Under the pieces are notes generated by a model that worked only from the letters and a program-made list of their open reading frames with translations, had not been told where the DNA came from and searched no databases. Positions 36,115 to 44,572 of a stretch of DNA of 64,000 nt are shown piece after piece; the stretch's first letter is position 1, and each line of letters starts with the position of its first letter. This DNA comes from Deltaproteobacteria bacterium (GTDB lineage Bacteria; Desulfobacterota; Desulfovibrionia; Desulfovibrionales; Desulfomicrobiaceae): NCBI GenBank assembly GCA_009929795.1, contig RZZR01000003.1, positions 3,747-67,746 on the forward strand, read 5' to 3'. The translations under genes and the position numbers were made by a program.

Positions 36115-38397
36115 TCACGCAAAGATGTCCAACCCATCGGAGGAAAAACTTTCCGCCATGCCTGGACTTTGCATCTCCCGGACCACATCCTGGCCGCCTC
36201 TCTGAAAGAGTCCCTGCCAACGCATCTTCCGGGCCTGCCTGGCCACCTCCTCCTGCAGTTCATTGTGGCCCTGGGCGCCCGTCCATTCTCCGGCAGAATC
36301 GTGATGATTGGCCTCGGATTGAACGTCCAGCCGCGAAACCCTGAGCCCCTGTTGCTCCAGATTCTGACGCAGGGCCTGCATCTGATCGCTCAAGGCCGTG
36401 GCCGTATCGGTGTTCGAGGTGTGCATGACCGCCTGAATCTCCTTGCCCTTGACCTGAAGAACCACCCGAATGGTTCCCAGGTCCTCGGGCTGCAATCGAA
36501 GCACGAGCTGTCTCTTGCCCTGGCCCAGATCCCTGAAGACACCCTTCTCCAATTGAGCCAGAATCTCGTTCGAACTCGGCTTGGAAGCTGACTGAGCCAT
36601 GGATCTGGTCTTCTGCCCGGCCTCTGTTCCGGCATCAGCCTTGACGTCCGCCATGGTCTGCGTGATTTGACCGCTCAGCTCTCCAGTCTTGGCAGCCGCT
36701 CGGAAAAAACTGCCTGCGGCCCTGTCGTTCGAAGCCGCCTCGCCGTGACTGTCCTTGGCCTTGGCGTCCTGTCGAAACCCGAACTGATCGGCACCCGGAC
36801 GTTGTCCTTCAGAAAATTTTCCTGCGGCCGTCACCCGATTCGACAGACCTTCCCGCAACTCGGTGTCGGCCTTGACGGCACTGCTGAAACGTGTGGTATC
36901 TTTGCCAATGGCCTCAGTACCAACTGTTTCGACATTGCGCTCTCCACCTGCCACGGCATCGTTCCTGGCCGAATTTGTGCGGGTATTCCGAATTTGATCT
37001 GCGGCAGTTCCATCCTTAAGTGTCCGTGTTCGGATGGTGTCCACAAAGTGAGCGTCCTCTTTTCCTTCTTCCGAATTCATGCCCTCGCCTTTGAAGCCGC
37101 CTTGCCTTCTCTCTTGCCCATTGAAAAGTTGGTTTTTCAAGGAAGACCGATCCATTTGAATCTCGATGGCCTTGTCGGCATCTGCCGACTCCTGACGATT
37201 CATGCTCATTGATCCGACTTCCGCCGAGGCCCCTTTGCTCATTCCTTTCAAATCTTTGCCCACAACTTGCCGGAATTTAGATCGGGCACCGTCGTTTCGG
37301 CTATCCCCAAGCAATCTTTGATTGTCCCTGTTTCCGACACGACTCTCATCAATTTGGACATGCTCACCTTGACGTGCCAACAGAGACAAAGCCTTCTTGG
37401 CCTCTGGACCAACTTGGCCCACCGAGGTCAAATCGACTCTCGTTTCTTTCGAAAGAGAAACCCAGCCGAGGACCAGACTCGCTTGCTTTTGAGCAGACAA
37501 CGCCCCGAAGCCTTCCTGTCGCCAGGGAGGAACCGATTCGGAACCGGCCTTGGCTTGTCCCGATGTCTGTATGGCCCGCTTCATTCGCTCAACGAGTCCG
37601 TGGACCTCAGTATTTCCTCCTGCCAAGCCCTTCAAAAAAGACATGAGGGCCTGCCACTCCTCCAGCCGGATACTCGTTGTTTCTTTGTCACGATCCTCCG
37701 GCAAGAGGGGCTCAGCACGCCCATCGGCGATCTGTTCGAAAGTATCTCTCGAATCGAACTCATTTCTTTCCTGCCCAGCCGCGTCCTCGAGAGAAGTTCG
37801 CTCCGCTTCTCCCGACAAGCCTTCGGCAACATGCCCGACATCACCCTCGGACAGCGGATCATTCTGGCCCTGATCGTCGTCGGGATAGCCGCCGGAGTAT
37901 TGAGGACTCTCGTCGGCCCGGGCTTCCACCCCGCCGCTCGCGGCATCAGGCCCATACCCGTCGTCACGAGATCGGCCGTGATTGTCTGAGTCGTCCCCGA
38001 CTGTTTCACGGCCCCGGGCCGCTTCGGTCGTATCCGTCGACCAATCCGAAGATAACTGTTCATGCGCGTCCGGTTCATGCTGCGCCGAGGTTGGGGAATA
38101 CTCGATCACCATTTCTTGCGGAGTTCCTTCCCACCATGAACAATCGGAAACTTTGCCGGCATCCGAATAATCGGTCCATGGTTCGGAAACCGACCGACTG
38201 TCGCTCGGCTGAGAGATAAGGTCGAACGACTCCTTGCCGGTCTCGAACAGGGGTTGCCCACCTTGGCTATCGAACAGAAACCGGCCAAAAAACGACTCGA
38301 AAAGCTCATTGGCGCTTTCCGGAAGGGATGAAGACGTTCCCGGGCTGACATTGGAGTTTGACTCGGTGCCGGACGAAAAAAGGGGAAAAAACTGCAT
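36115..38397 (-). CDS. fliK: Flagellar hook-length control protein FliK (long, acidic, low-complexity N-terminal part)
   Basis: C-terminal Flg_hook-type domain LRLQPEDLGTIRVVLQVKGKEIQAVMHTSNTDTATALSDQMQALRQNLEQQGL. Located upstream of flgD-flgE. Confidence 0.75.
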   Translation of the reverse strand: MQFFPLFSSGTESNSNVSPGTSSSLPESANELFESFFGRFLFDSQGGQPLFETGKESFDLISQPSDSRSVSEPWTDYSDAGKVSDCSWWEGTPQEMVIEYSPTSAQHEPDAHEQLSSDWSTDTTEAARGRETVGDDSDNHGRSRDDGYGPDAASGGVEARADESPQYSGGYPDDDQGQNDPLSEGDVGHVAEGLSGEAERTSLEDAAGQERNEFDSRDTFEQIADGRAEPLLPEDRDKETTSIRLEEWQALMSFLKGLAGGNTEVHGLVERMKRAIQTSGQAKAGSESVPPWRQEGFGALSAQKQASLVLGWVSLSKETRVDLTSVGQVGPEAKKALSLLARQGEHVQIDESRVGNRDNQRLLGDSRNDGARSKFRQVVGKDLKGMSKGASAEVGSMSMNRQESADADKAIEIQMDRSSLKNQLFNGQERRQGGFKGEGMNSEEGKEDAHFVDTIRTRTLKDGTAADQIRNTRTNSARNDAVAGGERNVETVGTEAIGKDTTRFSSAVKADTELREGLSNRVTAAGKFSEGQRPGADQFGFRQDAKAKDSHGEAASNDRAAGSFFRAAAKTGELSGQITQTMADVKADAGTEAGQKTRSMAQSASKPSSNEILAQLEKGVFRDLGQGKRQLVLRLQPEDLGTIRVVLQVKGKEIQAVMHTSNTDTATALSDQMQALRQNLEQQGLRVSRLDVQSEANHHDSAGEWTGAQGHNELQEEVARQARKMRWQGLFQRGGQDVVREMQSPGMAESFSSDGLDIFA

Positions 38398-38459
38398 ACC
38401 GGACCTCCTTTGTCCGGTAGCGATACAAAACCCGTACCCTTCAAAAGAAGGCCCTGGGC

Positions 38460-39848
38460 TCAGAGGTCAAAGGGAAGTGCGTCGATCAGGAAAAGGCAGG
38501 TCTTCAGGGCTTCCCGACCATGGTCTCCGTTATCGAGCACATGCTGGACATAGCTGGTCAAAGGCCGGATTCCGGGGGGGAACGAACGCCAGAAAGAAAG
38601 GGGGCCAAAAGATAATGATGATTTAGCCTGACGACCAAGGACCAAGGCGAGACGGACTCGGGACCGGGCCAGGGCCAGGGCCAAATCGGGAAATGTTTGC
38701 CGCAGGAGGAGCCATTTGGCCTTCGCTTCCTGGCCAGAGCCGGGTCCGAAAACCGACCAGAAAAATGCCTTCCAGAAAGTACTCACGCACTCCCTGGCCT
38801 CCGGTCGAGCCTTTCTCCCGACCGAAGCCAAATCGTAGAGCCCGTCCGCATCCCGTCGCACAGACCAGACCCGGAGGGTCGAAACCTCCATTCTGACGAT
38901 TTCCTTTCTGAGAACGCGGCTGGCCAAGGACGATATCTTGGTTGCCGTGACCGCGTCGGCGCAAAAAACCCTATTTTGCCGACACGACCAGCACCCTGTA
39001 CAACTCGATCCGGACCTGACGATCCAGCTTCCGGGCCGAAATGGTCCGGTGTCCCAGGGATACACTGGCCCTATAGACAAATTCAGAACCGGGAGGCCGG
39101 CCCATGAGGCCAGATGCATGGGACCAGTATCCGGGGCGATCAACAGGTTGAGGCTCGCGAAGACACGCATCAGTCCGGCCAAATCGGTCTGGCCGCAAAG
39201 GTTCATGACCTTGGCAGGCAGGGCACGACTGATGGCCCGCCCTACCGAACTCTCGACCTTTCCACCAAGCAGAACCGGGGCGTGCCCCTGGCTCAGAAGC
39301 CGCTGGGCGAGGGAAATCCAGAAATCCACCCCTGGAGTTTTGGCCGCAGTGCTCGCGCCTGGGAAAAGGCCGATTCTGGCCGGGATTCCGGTCCTGCACA
39401 CTGGCGTCGGCCAGACGTGACCCCGAACCAGATCCGGCACAAGATCCAATCCGTACAGCTCAGACCAGTGGAATCTGTTGTGGCGGCTGTTGTCCGTCAG
39501 GCTGGATCGGTACAGGTTCCAGTCGCCCCTGATGTACAGTCGTCCGTCCGGCGTCCGAAAAGGGCCGAAGAGCGCCTCAGCGCGAACTCCTCCAGCTAGG
39601 GCCGCTGCTTCCTCTCTGGAGGAAAGATTCAGACAAAACAGGAAGGTCTGGGTCTTCAGGGCCGGATCGGACGGCAAAACATGACGGACCTTCGGCCCGA
39701 TGCCCTGGAGGGCCATGGAAACAGGGGGCTGGGCCGCCACCCAGACCGGATGCCCGGGCCAGGCCCGAGCCAGCCAGTCGAACAGGGGGAAGGCCATGAC
39801 CATATCGCCCATCCGATGCATCTGTATGACGAGGATCGGCTTGGCCAC
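38460..39848 (-). CDS. Glycosyltransferase family 9 (heptosyltransferase-like) protein with extended C-terminal region
   Basis: GTG start. ILVIQMHRMGDMVMAFPLF...GLFPGAS...LLIAPDTGPMHLA pattern of GT9 enzymes. Confidence 0.6.
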   Translation of the reverse strand: MAKPILVIQMHRMGDMVMAFPLFDWLARAWPGHPVWVAAQPPVSMALQGIGPKVRHVLPSDPALKTQTFLFCLNLSSREEAAALAGGVRAEALFGPFRTPDGRLYIRGDWNLYRSSLTDNSRHNRFHWSELYGLDLVPDLVRGHVWPTPVCRTGIPARIGLFPGASTAAKTPGVDFWISLAQRLLSQGHAPVLLGGKVESSVGRAISRALPAKVMNLCGQTDLAGLMRVFASLNLLIAPDTGPMHLASWAGLPVLNLSIGPVYPWDTGPFRPGSWIVRSGSSCTGCWSCRQNRVFCADAVTATKISSLASRVLRKEIVRMEVSTLRVWSVRRDADGLYDLASVGRKARPEARECVSTFWKAFFWSVFGPGSGQEAKAKWLLLRQTFPDLALALARSRVRLALVLGRQAKSSLSFGPLSFWRSFPPGIRPLTSYVQHVLDNGDHGREALKTCLFLIDALPFDL

Positions 39849-39854
39849 GAAACC

Positions 39855-41552
39855 TCAAGCGTAGACCTCGGCCATGATCTTGGCGATCCTGGCCAGGCGG
39901 TGATCGTAGGTGTGTTCGGCCAGAACCCGAGTCCTGGCCGCGGCCGCCATGGTTCGGCGTTGCTCCGGCCTTGCCAGATAATGACGGACCAAATCCGGAA
40001 TCTCGTCCGGATGACTGAAACAGACCACCTCCCGGCCGGGCTCGAACAGGGTCTCTATCTGCTCTCTGGCGTCCGTCAGCAAAAAGCTCTCGCAGGCCGG
40101 AACATCGAAGACCCTCTGGTTGACGGCCCCTTTCATCTGCATGCTGGTGCAGTTAAAGTTGACGGCCACGGTTGGATACAGTCCTGGAAGATCCCGATAG
40201 TAGTTCATCTCCGCCTGCCATCGCCAGGAATGGTCCCCGGGCAGAAGTTTCCTCCACCCCCGGTCGCCGACAATCAGCGGCCTGAACTCCAAAAGTCGCT
40301 GCACGCACGCGAGGCGGTACGCGAGAGTGGCCTGCCAGGTCAGCATGGTCTCGAAGGCCAGTTGCCGCTCCAGTGTTCCGAGTTTTTGAAAATGGGCATA
40401 GAGTTCGGGATGGTTCTCTTCAAGAAAGACCCGGACCGACCGGTTCGAACTGGCCGCATATTCATCGGCCGTCTGTCGGTAGATCCGCAAAAGCTCACGT
40501 GGAAAACGTCCGGCTTTGAGCCTGGCTCCGACCTTGTAGACCATGGAATTTCCGACAAAGGCCGCGTCCCATCCCACCCCGGTTCGGACTGGAACAAAAC
40601 GGGTCACATCGGTTCCCAGGGGGAGATACTCGACCGAAGAGAAACCCAGGCTCCGCAATCCCTCGACATTGTCCCGGTCCCAGGTAAATACGGCCACCCA
40701 CTTCGAGACCAATCCCTGATAGAGCGACAAAATCAGTTCCGGATTGTCCACGAACCACGAAGCCAGGGGCAATTCCATCCGGGACAGAAGATCGGTCAGC
40801 ACCCCTTCGCGGTCCACGCCGAGATGGTTGACGGTCAGGACGAAATCCGGACGGAACTCAAGGACGGCCTGAAGAAGCCCCTCTATGAAAGCCGTGCATC
40901 CTTGCTCCTGGCTTTCCATCTGCAAAAGCCGGCAGGTGAATCCGCACCTCCGACAGGCCGATTCAAGTTCCCCGATGAGGAAATAGGAACTGGTCAGAAG
41001 CAGAATCCGTGGCAAGGCCGGGTTGGTGAACTTTTTGTATCTGAGCCTGTCCCAAATGTTGAACCGCGCGCTGGCCTTGAGATGTTCGAGGATTGGGCGA
41101 TAGTACTCCGGGTCGAGACGCAGATAGGCGGGCAGAATCACCGGGACCAACGGCAGGCCTCCGTTTCGAGTCTGCCATTGAGTCAGACGGTTCAGGGCTT
41201 CACGAACATCCCCGTCCGAGACCCAGAACAGGTTCGAATGCCTGGAGACGAGAGTGTCCAAACCGGTCAACCTGAGAACATCGAATTCCTTGTCCACCAG
41301 GGCCACAGGACCGGCCCAGCCTTCCAGAAAAAATTTCAGGCCATGGCCAAGGCCGCTTCCCAACACCACCGGCAAGCAGGGTTCTTTCCCCATCAGGGCT
41401 TCGAAGACGCGACGTTCGGACACTGGCCCGCCTCGACCGCACAGAGATACCTCCAGCCCGGCTTTGACGACAACCACGTCCAGTAGTTCCTCCCCGTCCA
41501 GAACAGGACGGGCTTTCGCCCGGGAGAGGAAACCGTTTCCTTGGGTCACCAT
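39855..41552 (-). CDS. CgeB-like glycosyltransferase (DUF3880 / Glyco_trans_1_2-type C-terminus)
   Basis: The C-terminal NQRVFDVPACESFLLTDAREQIETLFEPGREVVCF...RRTMAAAARTRVLAEHTYDHR resembles CgeB-family proteins. The ATG overlaps the motB stop (ATGGTGA). Confidence 0.55.
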   Translation of the reverse strand: MVTQGNGFLSRAKARPVLDGEELLDVVVVKAGLEVSLCGRGGPVSERRVFEALMGKEPCLPVVLGSGLGHGLKFFLEGWAGPVALVDKEFDVLRLTGLDTLVSRHSNLFWVSDGDVREALNRLTQWQTRNGGLPLVPVILPAYLRLDPEYYRPILEHLKASARFNIWDRLRYKKFTNPALPRILLLTSSYFLIGELESACRRCGFTCRLLQMESQEQGCTAFIEGLLQAVLEFRPDFVLTVNHLGVDREGVLTDLLSRMELPLASWFVDNPELILSLYQGLVSKWVAVFTWDRDNVEGLRSLGFSSVEYLPLGTDVTRFVPVRTGVGWDAAFVGNSMVYKVGARLKAGRFPRELLRIYRQTADEYAASSNRSVRVFLEENHPELYAHFQKLGTLERQLAFETMLTWQATLAYRLACVQRLLEFRPLIVGDRGWRKLLPGDHSWRWQAEMNYYRDLPGLYPTVAVNFNCTSMQMKGAVNQRVFDVPACESFLLTDAREQIETLFEPGREVVCFSHPDEIPDLVRHYLARPEQRRTMAAAARTRVLAEHTYDHRLARIAKIMAEVYA

Positions 41553-42298
41553 TTCTCGAACTGGGGCTGATGGTAGTAGAACTCCACCCGGCGGTTCATA
41601 TCCCGGTTGGTCTCAGAGACGTTCGGCACCAGAGGCCGTGTCCCGGCATAGCCGATGGCCTTGAGCCGCGAGGGGGAAATCCCCCCCTTGTCCACCAGAT
41701 ACCGAACCGCCGCCGCGGCCCGGGACGAGGACAATTCCCAATTAGAGGGGTAGACGCTCGACGCGATGTACTGGTCGTCCGTATGCCCTCTGACCACAAG
41801 ATCGAAATTGTGCTCCTTGAGAATGCCGATCACCGCATTCAAGACCAGAGATGCATTGGGTTCGAGGACGGCGGATTGGGGAGGAAACATCAGCCCGCTT
41901 TCGACCCGCATCAACACGCCTTGGTCGTCAGGAGAAATCTCTATGCCGTTCTTGATTTCCTGGTCGTTGCTGACCAGGGCCTTAATCTGGAGCGTTAGAT
42001 CCAGGATCGCCTTGCTCTCCCTGTCAAGGGCAACGTCCTGGCGTTCGTAAAGGGAAGGGGAAAAGGCCACGTGACTGGTCGGAGGTCGTTTGACCTGAAC
42101 ACCAAACGCATCCCGGACCGAACCCATCATGTCCTGGAACTTCTGAATGTCCATGTTCGCGAACGACAAAAGGAGAACGAAAAAGGTCAAGAGCAGAGAG
42201 ACCATGTCGGCGAAGGTGGCCATCCAGGGAGGCAGACCCTCTTCGCACATGCGATCTTCCTGTTTTTTGCAACGCACCTGCCCGGACCTGGCGGTCAT
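41546..42298 (-). CDS. motB: Flagellar motor stator protein MotB (OmpA-like C-terminus)
   Basis: PPWMATFADMVSLLLTFFVLLLSF plug/TM region. The C-terminal VRGHTDD...NWELSSSRAAAVRYL...NRRVEF is an OmpA-type peptidoglycan-binding motif. Confidence 0.85.
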   Translation of the reverse strand: MTARSGQVRCKKQEDRMCEEGLPPWMATFADMVSLLLTFFVLLLSFANMDIQKFQDMMGSVRDAFGVQVKRPPTSHVAFSPSLYERQDVALDRESKAILDLTLQIKALVSNDQEIKNGIEISPDDQGVLMRVESGLMFPPQSAVLEPNASLVLNAVIGILKEHNFDLVVRGHTDDQYIASSVYPSNWELSSSRAAAAVRYLVDKGGISPSRLKAIGYAGTRPLVPNVSETNRDMNRRVEFYYHQPQFEKW

Positions 42299-43050
42299 TC
42301 CGCACCTCCCCGAAGGGTGGGTGATAGGAAGGCCTCCAACTTCTCCTGCAAGATCCTCGGGTTGTCACCGTTCAGGATGGAGACCACCCCCTCGACCGTG
42401 ATCTCCATGTACAGGGCGTCCAGGGCCGAAAGTTGGCCCAGCTTATTGGCGATGGGCAAAAAGACAATGTTGGCCAGCAAGGCCCCGTACAAAGTCGTCA
42501 GCAGGGCCACGGCCATGGCCGGACCGATGGACGCCGGGTCGGAAAGATTCTGAAGCATATTCACCAGGCCGACCAGAGTCCCAATCATGCCGAAGGCCGG
42601 CGACATGGTCCCCATGCCCTTGAAGATACCCTGGCCCTGGTGGTGGCGCTGCTTCATGAAGTTGATCTCGGTCTCCATGACCGATCGGACCAGATGTTCC
42701 TCGGTGCCGTCAGCGACCATGAGCAGACCTTTCTTCAGAAAGGCGTCCTCCACCGGAGCCTTTTCCAGGGCCACCAGGCCATCTTTTCTGGCCACGTTGG
42801 CCAGATCGACGATCTGGCGGATGAGCCTCCGGGCGTCAGGGGCCTTACTCAGAAAGGCCTTGAGCATGACTTTGAAGCCCCCGAAAACAGCGATCATCGG
42901 ATACATGACAAAAGTCACGCTCACGGTCCCACCGATGACGATCAGAATGGACGGCACATCGACGTACGCCACGAGGCTTCCGTTGAAGAGGATGGCCGTG
43001 ACGACAAGGCCGAAACAGGCAACAATGCCGACAATAGTTCCTAAATCCAT
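42295..43050 (-). CDS. motA: Flagellar motor stator protein MotA
   Basis: Start at MDLGTIVGIVACFG with GGGAGG upstream. MotA/TolQ/ExbB channel motif PAFGMIGTLVGLVNML...LLTTLYGALLAN. The listed ORF to 43173 is over-extended. Confidence 0.85.
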   Translation of the reverse strand: MDLGTIVGIVACFGLVVTAILFNGSLVAYVDVPSILIVIGGTVSVTFVMYPMIAVFGGFKVMLKAFLSKAPDARRLIRQIVDLANVARKDGLVALEKAPVEDAFLKKGLLMVADGTEEHLVRSVMETEINFMKQRHHQGQGIFKGMGTMSPAFGMIGTLVGLVNMLQNLSDPASIGPAMAVALLTTLYGALLANIVFLPIANKLGQLSALDALYMEITVEGVVSILNGDNPRILQEKLEAFLSPTLRGGAE

Positions 43051-43096
43051 GCGCCTCCCGGTTCGGCGGACGCTCCGATCGTTATCACTTCGAGCC

Positions 43097-44212
43097 TCAT
43101 TTCTCCAGAGCCGGGGACAGCATGGCCACCTCGCCGTCCTGGAGCACAAACCTTTTGTCCCTGAGAAAATCATTAACCTTCATCTGCGAGCTTCCGATCT
43201 GGACAAACACTCCGGGCCTGATCTCCCCGGGAATCAACAACTTGGCCCTAGGATTGAAACCGGCCTCCAGATCCTCCCAGGTACCGGCGCGTTTTCTCTT
43301 CAAGATGTCGAGCTTCCGCTCCAGTTTGGCCCCCTCATCCAGGCATCCCTCCTTGTGGGCCGCTCCTTTTTCGGCCTGCCGGGAGCAGAGATCCAACCTC
43401 GCCTCGAGGCGCTCGATCTTAGTGTCCAATCCTTCGACTCGGGCAAGCAGACCAGCGTCGTAACCCAGAACCACCTTGGTCATGGTGTTCATGCCGCCTC
43501 CAAGTTGCTCCCCGACGTAGACCGCATGGCTGGAGTGGACTTCGCCGCCCACAAGCCGCTTCCGGACGGTGATAAACCGGCCCGCGTAGAGGTTGCAATG
43601 CATACTCGCCCCGTCGACGATTATGGACTCCCCGGCCTTGAGAATCGCATTCTCGGCATACGAGCACCGGATGCTCCTGACCGCGTTTACCATACCCTTC
43701 TTGGCCCCCTTGATCCCGCCTTCGATCAGAACCGACCCTCCGGCCTGAAGCGAGGCCGCCTCGACATTGCCCTGGACCCTGATGTCCTGGGCCTGGCATT
43801 CAAAACCCGAGGCCACGTCACCGTGGACGATGGCGTCCGAAACAAAATAGACGTTTCCGGTCCTGGAGTTCACCCCCTTGCGCAGGTTCAGGACCCGTTT
43901 CACGTGAATTTTTTCGTCCAGATAGAACACATACCCGTTGGCCGTGGAGACGAGCTGGTCGGGGTTGGCCGGGTTGGGCCTGCAATTGTGGCCCGCCGGA
44001 AAAATCTTGTCATCGAAAACGAATTTCGGATCCAAACCCGCAGGAAGGGCATCGTCCGGCACCGGGATCCATTCGGCCAGCACCTGACCGATGATGGAGT
44101 TCTGCACGTATCCGAGATTGAAATGATCGACCCGTCCATGATCGTCCGTTTTGGGCTTCAGACGCTGATAATCGAAATCCGGGTCGAAATGATGCTTGAG
44201 AAAAAAACGCAT
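43097..44212 (-). CDS. FapA (DUF342) family flagellar-assembly-associated protein
   Basis: Start at MRFFLKHHF, 8 nt after the STAS stop. Repetitive beta-helix-like segments (VHGDVASGFECQAQDIRVQGNVEAASLQAGGSVLIEGGIKG...) and a C-terminal coiled coil are typical of FapA/DUF342. Confidence 0.6.
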   Translation of the reverse strand: MRFFLKHHFDPDFDYQRLKPKTDDHGRVDHFNLGYVQNSIIGQVLAEWIPVPDDALPAGLDPKFVFDDKIFPAGHNCRPNPANPDQLVSTANGYVFYLDEKIHVKRVLNLRKGVNSRTGNVYFVSDAIVHGDVASGFECQAQDIRVQGNVEAASLQAGGSVLIEGGIKGAKKGMVNAVRSIRCSYAENAILKAGESIIVDGASMHCNLYAGRFITVRKRLVGGEVHSSHAVYVGEQLGGGMNTMTKVVLGYDAGLLARVEGLDTKIERLEARLDLCSRQAEKGAAHKEGCLDEGAKLERKLDILKRKRAGTWEDLEAGFNPRAKLLIPGEIRPGVFVQIGSSQMKVNDFLRDKRFVLQDGEVAMLSPALEK

Positions 44213-44220
44213 CGACAGGC

Positions 44221-44565
44221 TCAGTCGGGAAGGGAGGCCAAGAGATCTTCCTCGTCTTGAACAATGGTCAAAAACGAGGTCAACTTGACCAGATGCAAAG
44301 TCTTGGTCACCGATTGAGAGGGTTTGTAAATAAAGAAGCTTTTGCCCCGCTGCTTGATCTGATTGTTCAAGGCCACGAGCAGGCCAATACCAGAGCTGTC
44401 CAGAAAACCGACGTCGGTCAACTGAAAGACAAGGGCCTGCCAGGAGGGATCTGCCAGAATTTCCTCCATGCGGGCCTTCAGCCCGGCCGTGGTGTCCAGG
44501 ACCAGTTCGCCGTCCAGCCTGATCCAAGCCACTCCATCCCTGTATTCGACGGAAAGATCTTCCAT
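44221..44565 (-). CDS. STAS-domain anti-sigma-factor antagonist (SpoIIAA/RsbV-like)
   Basis: 114 aa. ...VFQLTDVGFLDSSGIGLLVAL... has the conserved phosphorylatable Ser in the DSSG context. Confidence 0.8.
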   Translation of the reverse strand: MEDLSVEYRDGVAWIRLDGELVLDTTAGLKARMEEILADPSWQALVFQLTDVGFLDSSGIGLLVALNNQIKQRGKSFFIYKPSQSVTKTLHLVKLTSFLTIVQDEEDLLASLPD

Positions 44566-44572
44566 GTCCAGC

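Noticed and set aside
36115-38397. A FliK-sized ORF with a low-complexity acidic N-terminal two-thirds, considered as a possible repeat protein, toxin or mis-called gene.
   Set aside because: The C-terminal hook-length-control domain and the position upstream of flgD-flgE fit FliK. FliK N-terminal regions are normally poorly conserved and disordered.
39681-41486. Very long ORFs antisense to confident genes. Examples: 39681..41486 (+, 601 aa), 42587..44260 (+, 557 aa), 25758..27284 (+, 508 aa), 59919..61421 (+, 500 aa), 2452..3735 (-, 427 aa) and 7276..8349 (-, 357 aa).
   Set aside because: Their translations are Arg/Gly/Pro-rich and low-complexity with no motifs. Each lies opposite a gene with clear family signatures. 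This is the typical stop-codon-poor antisense artefact of GC-rich DNA.
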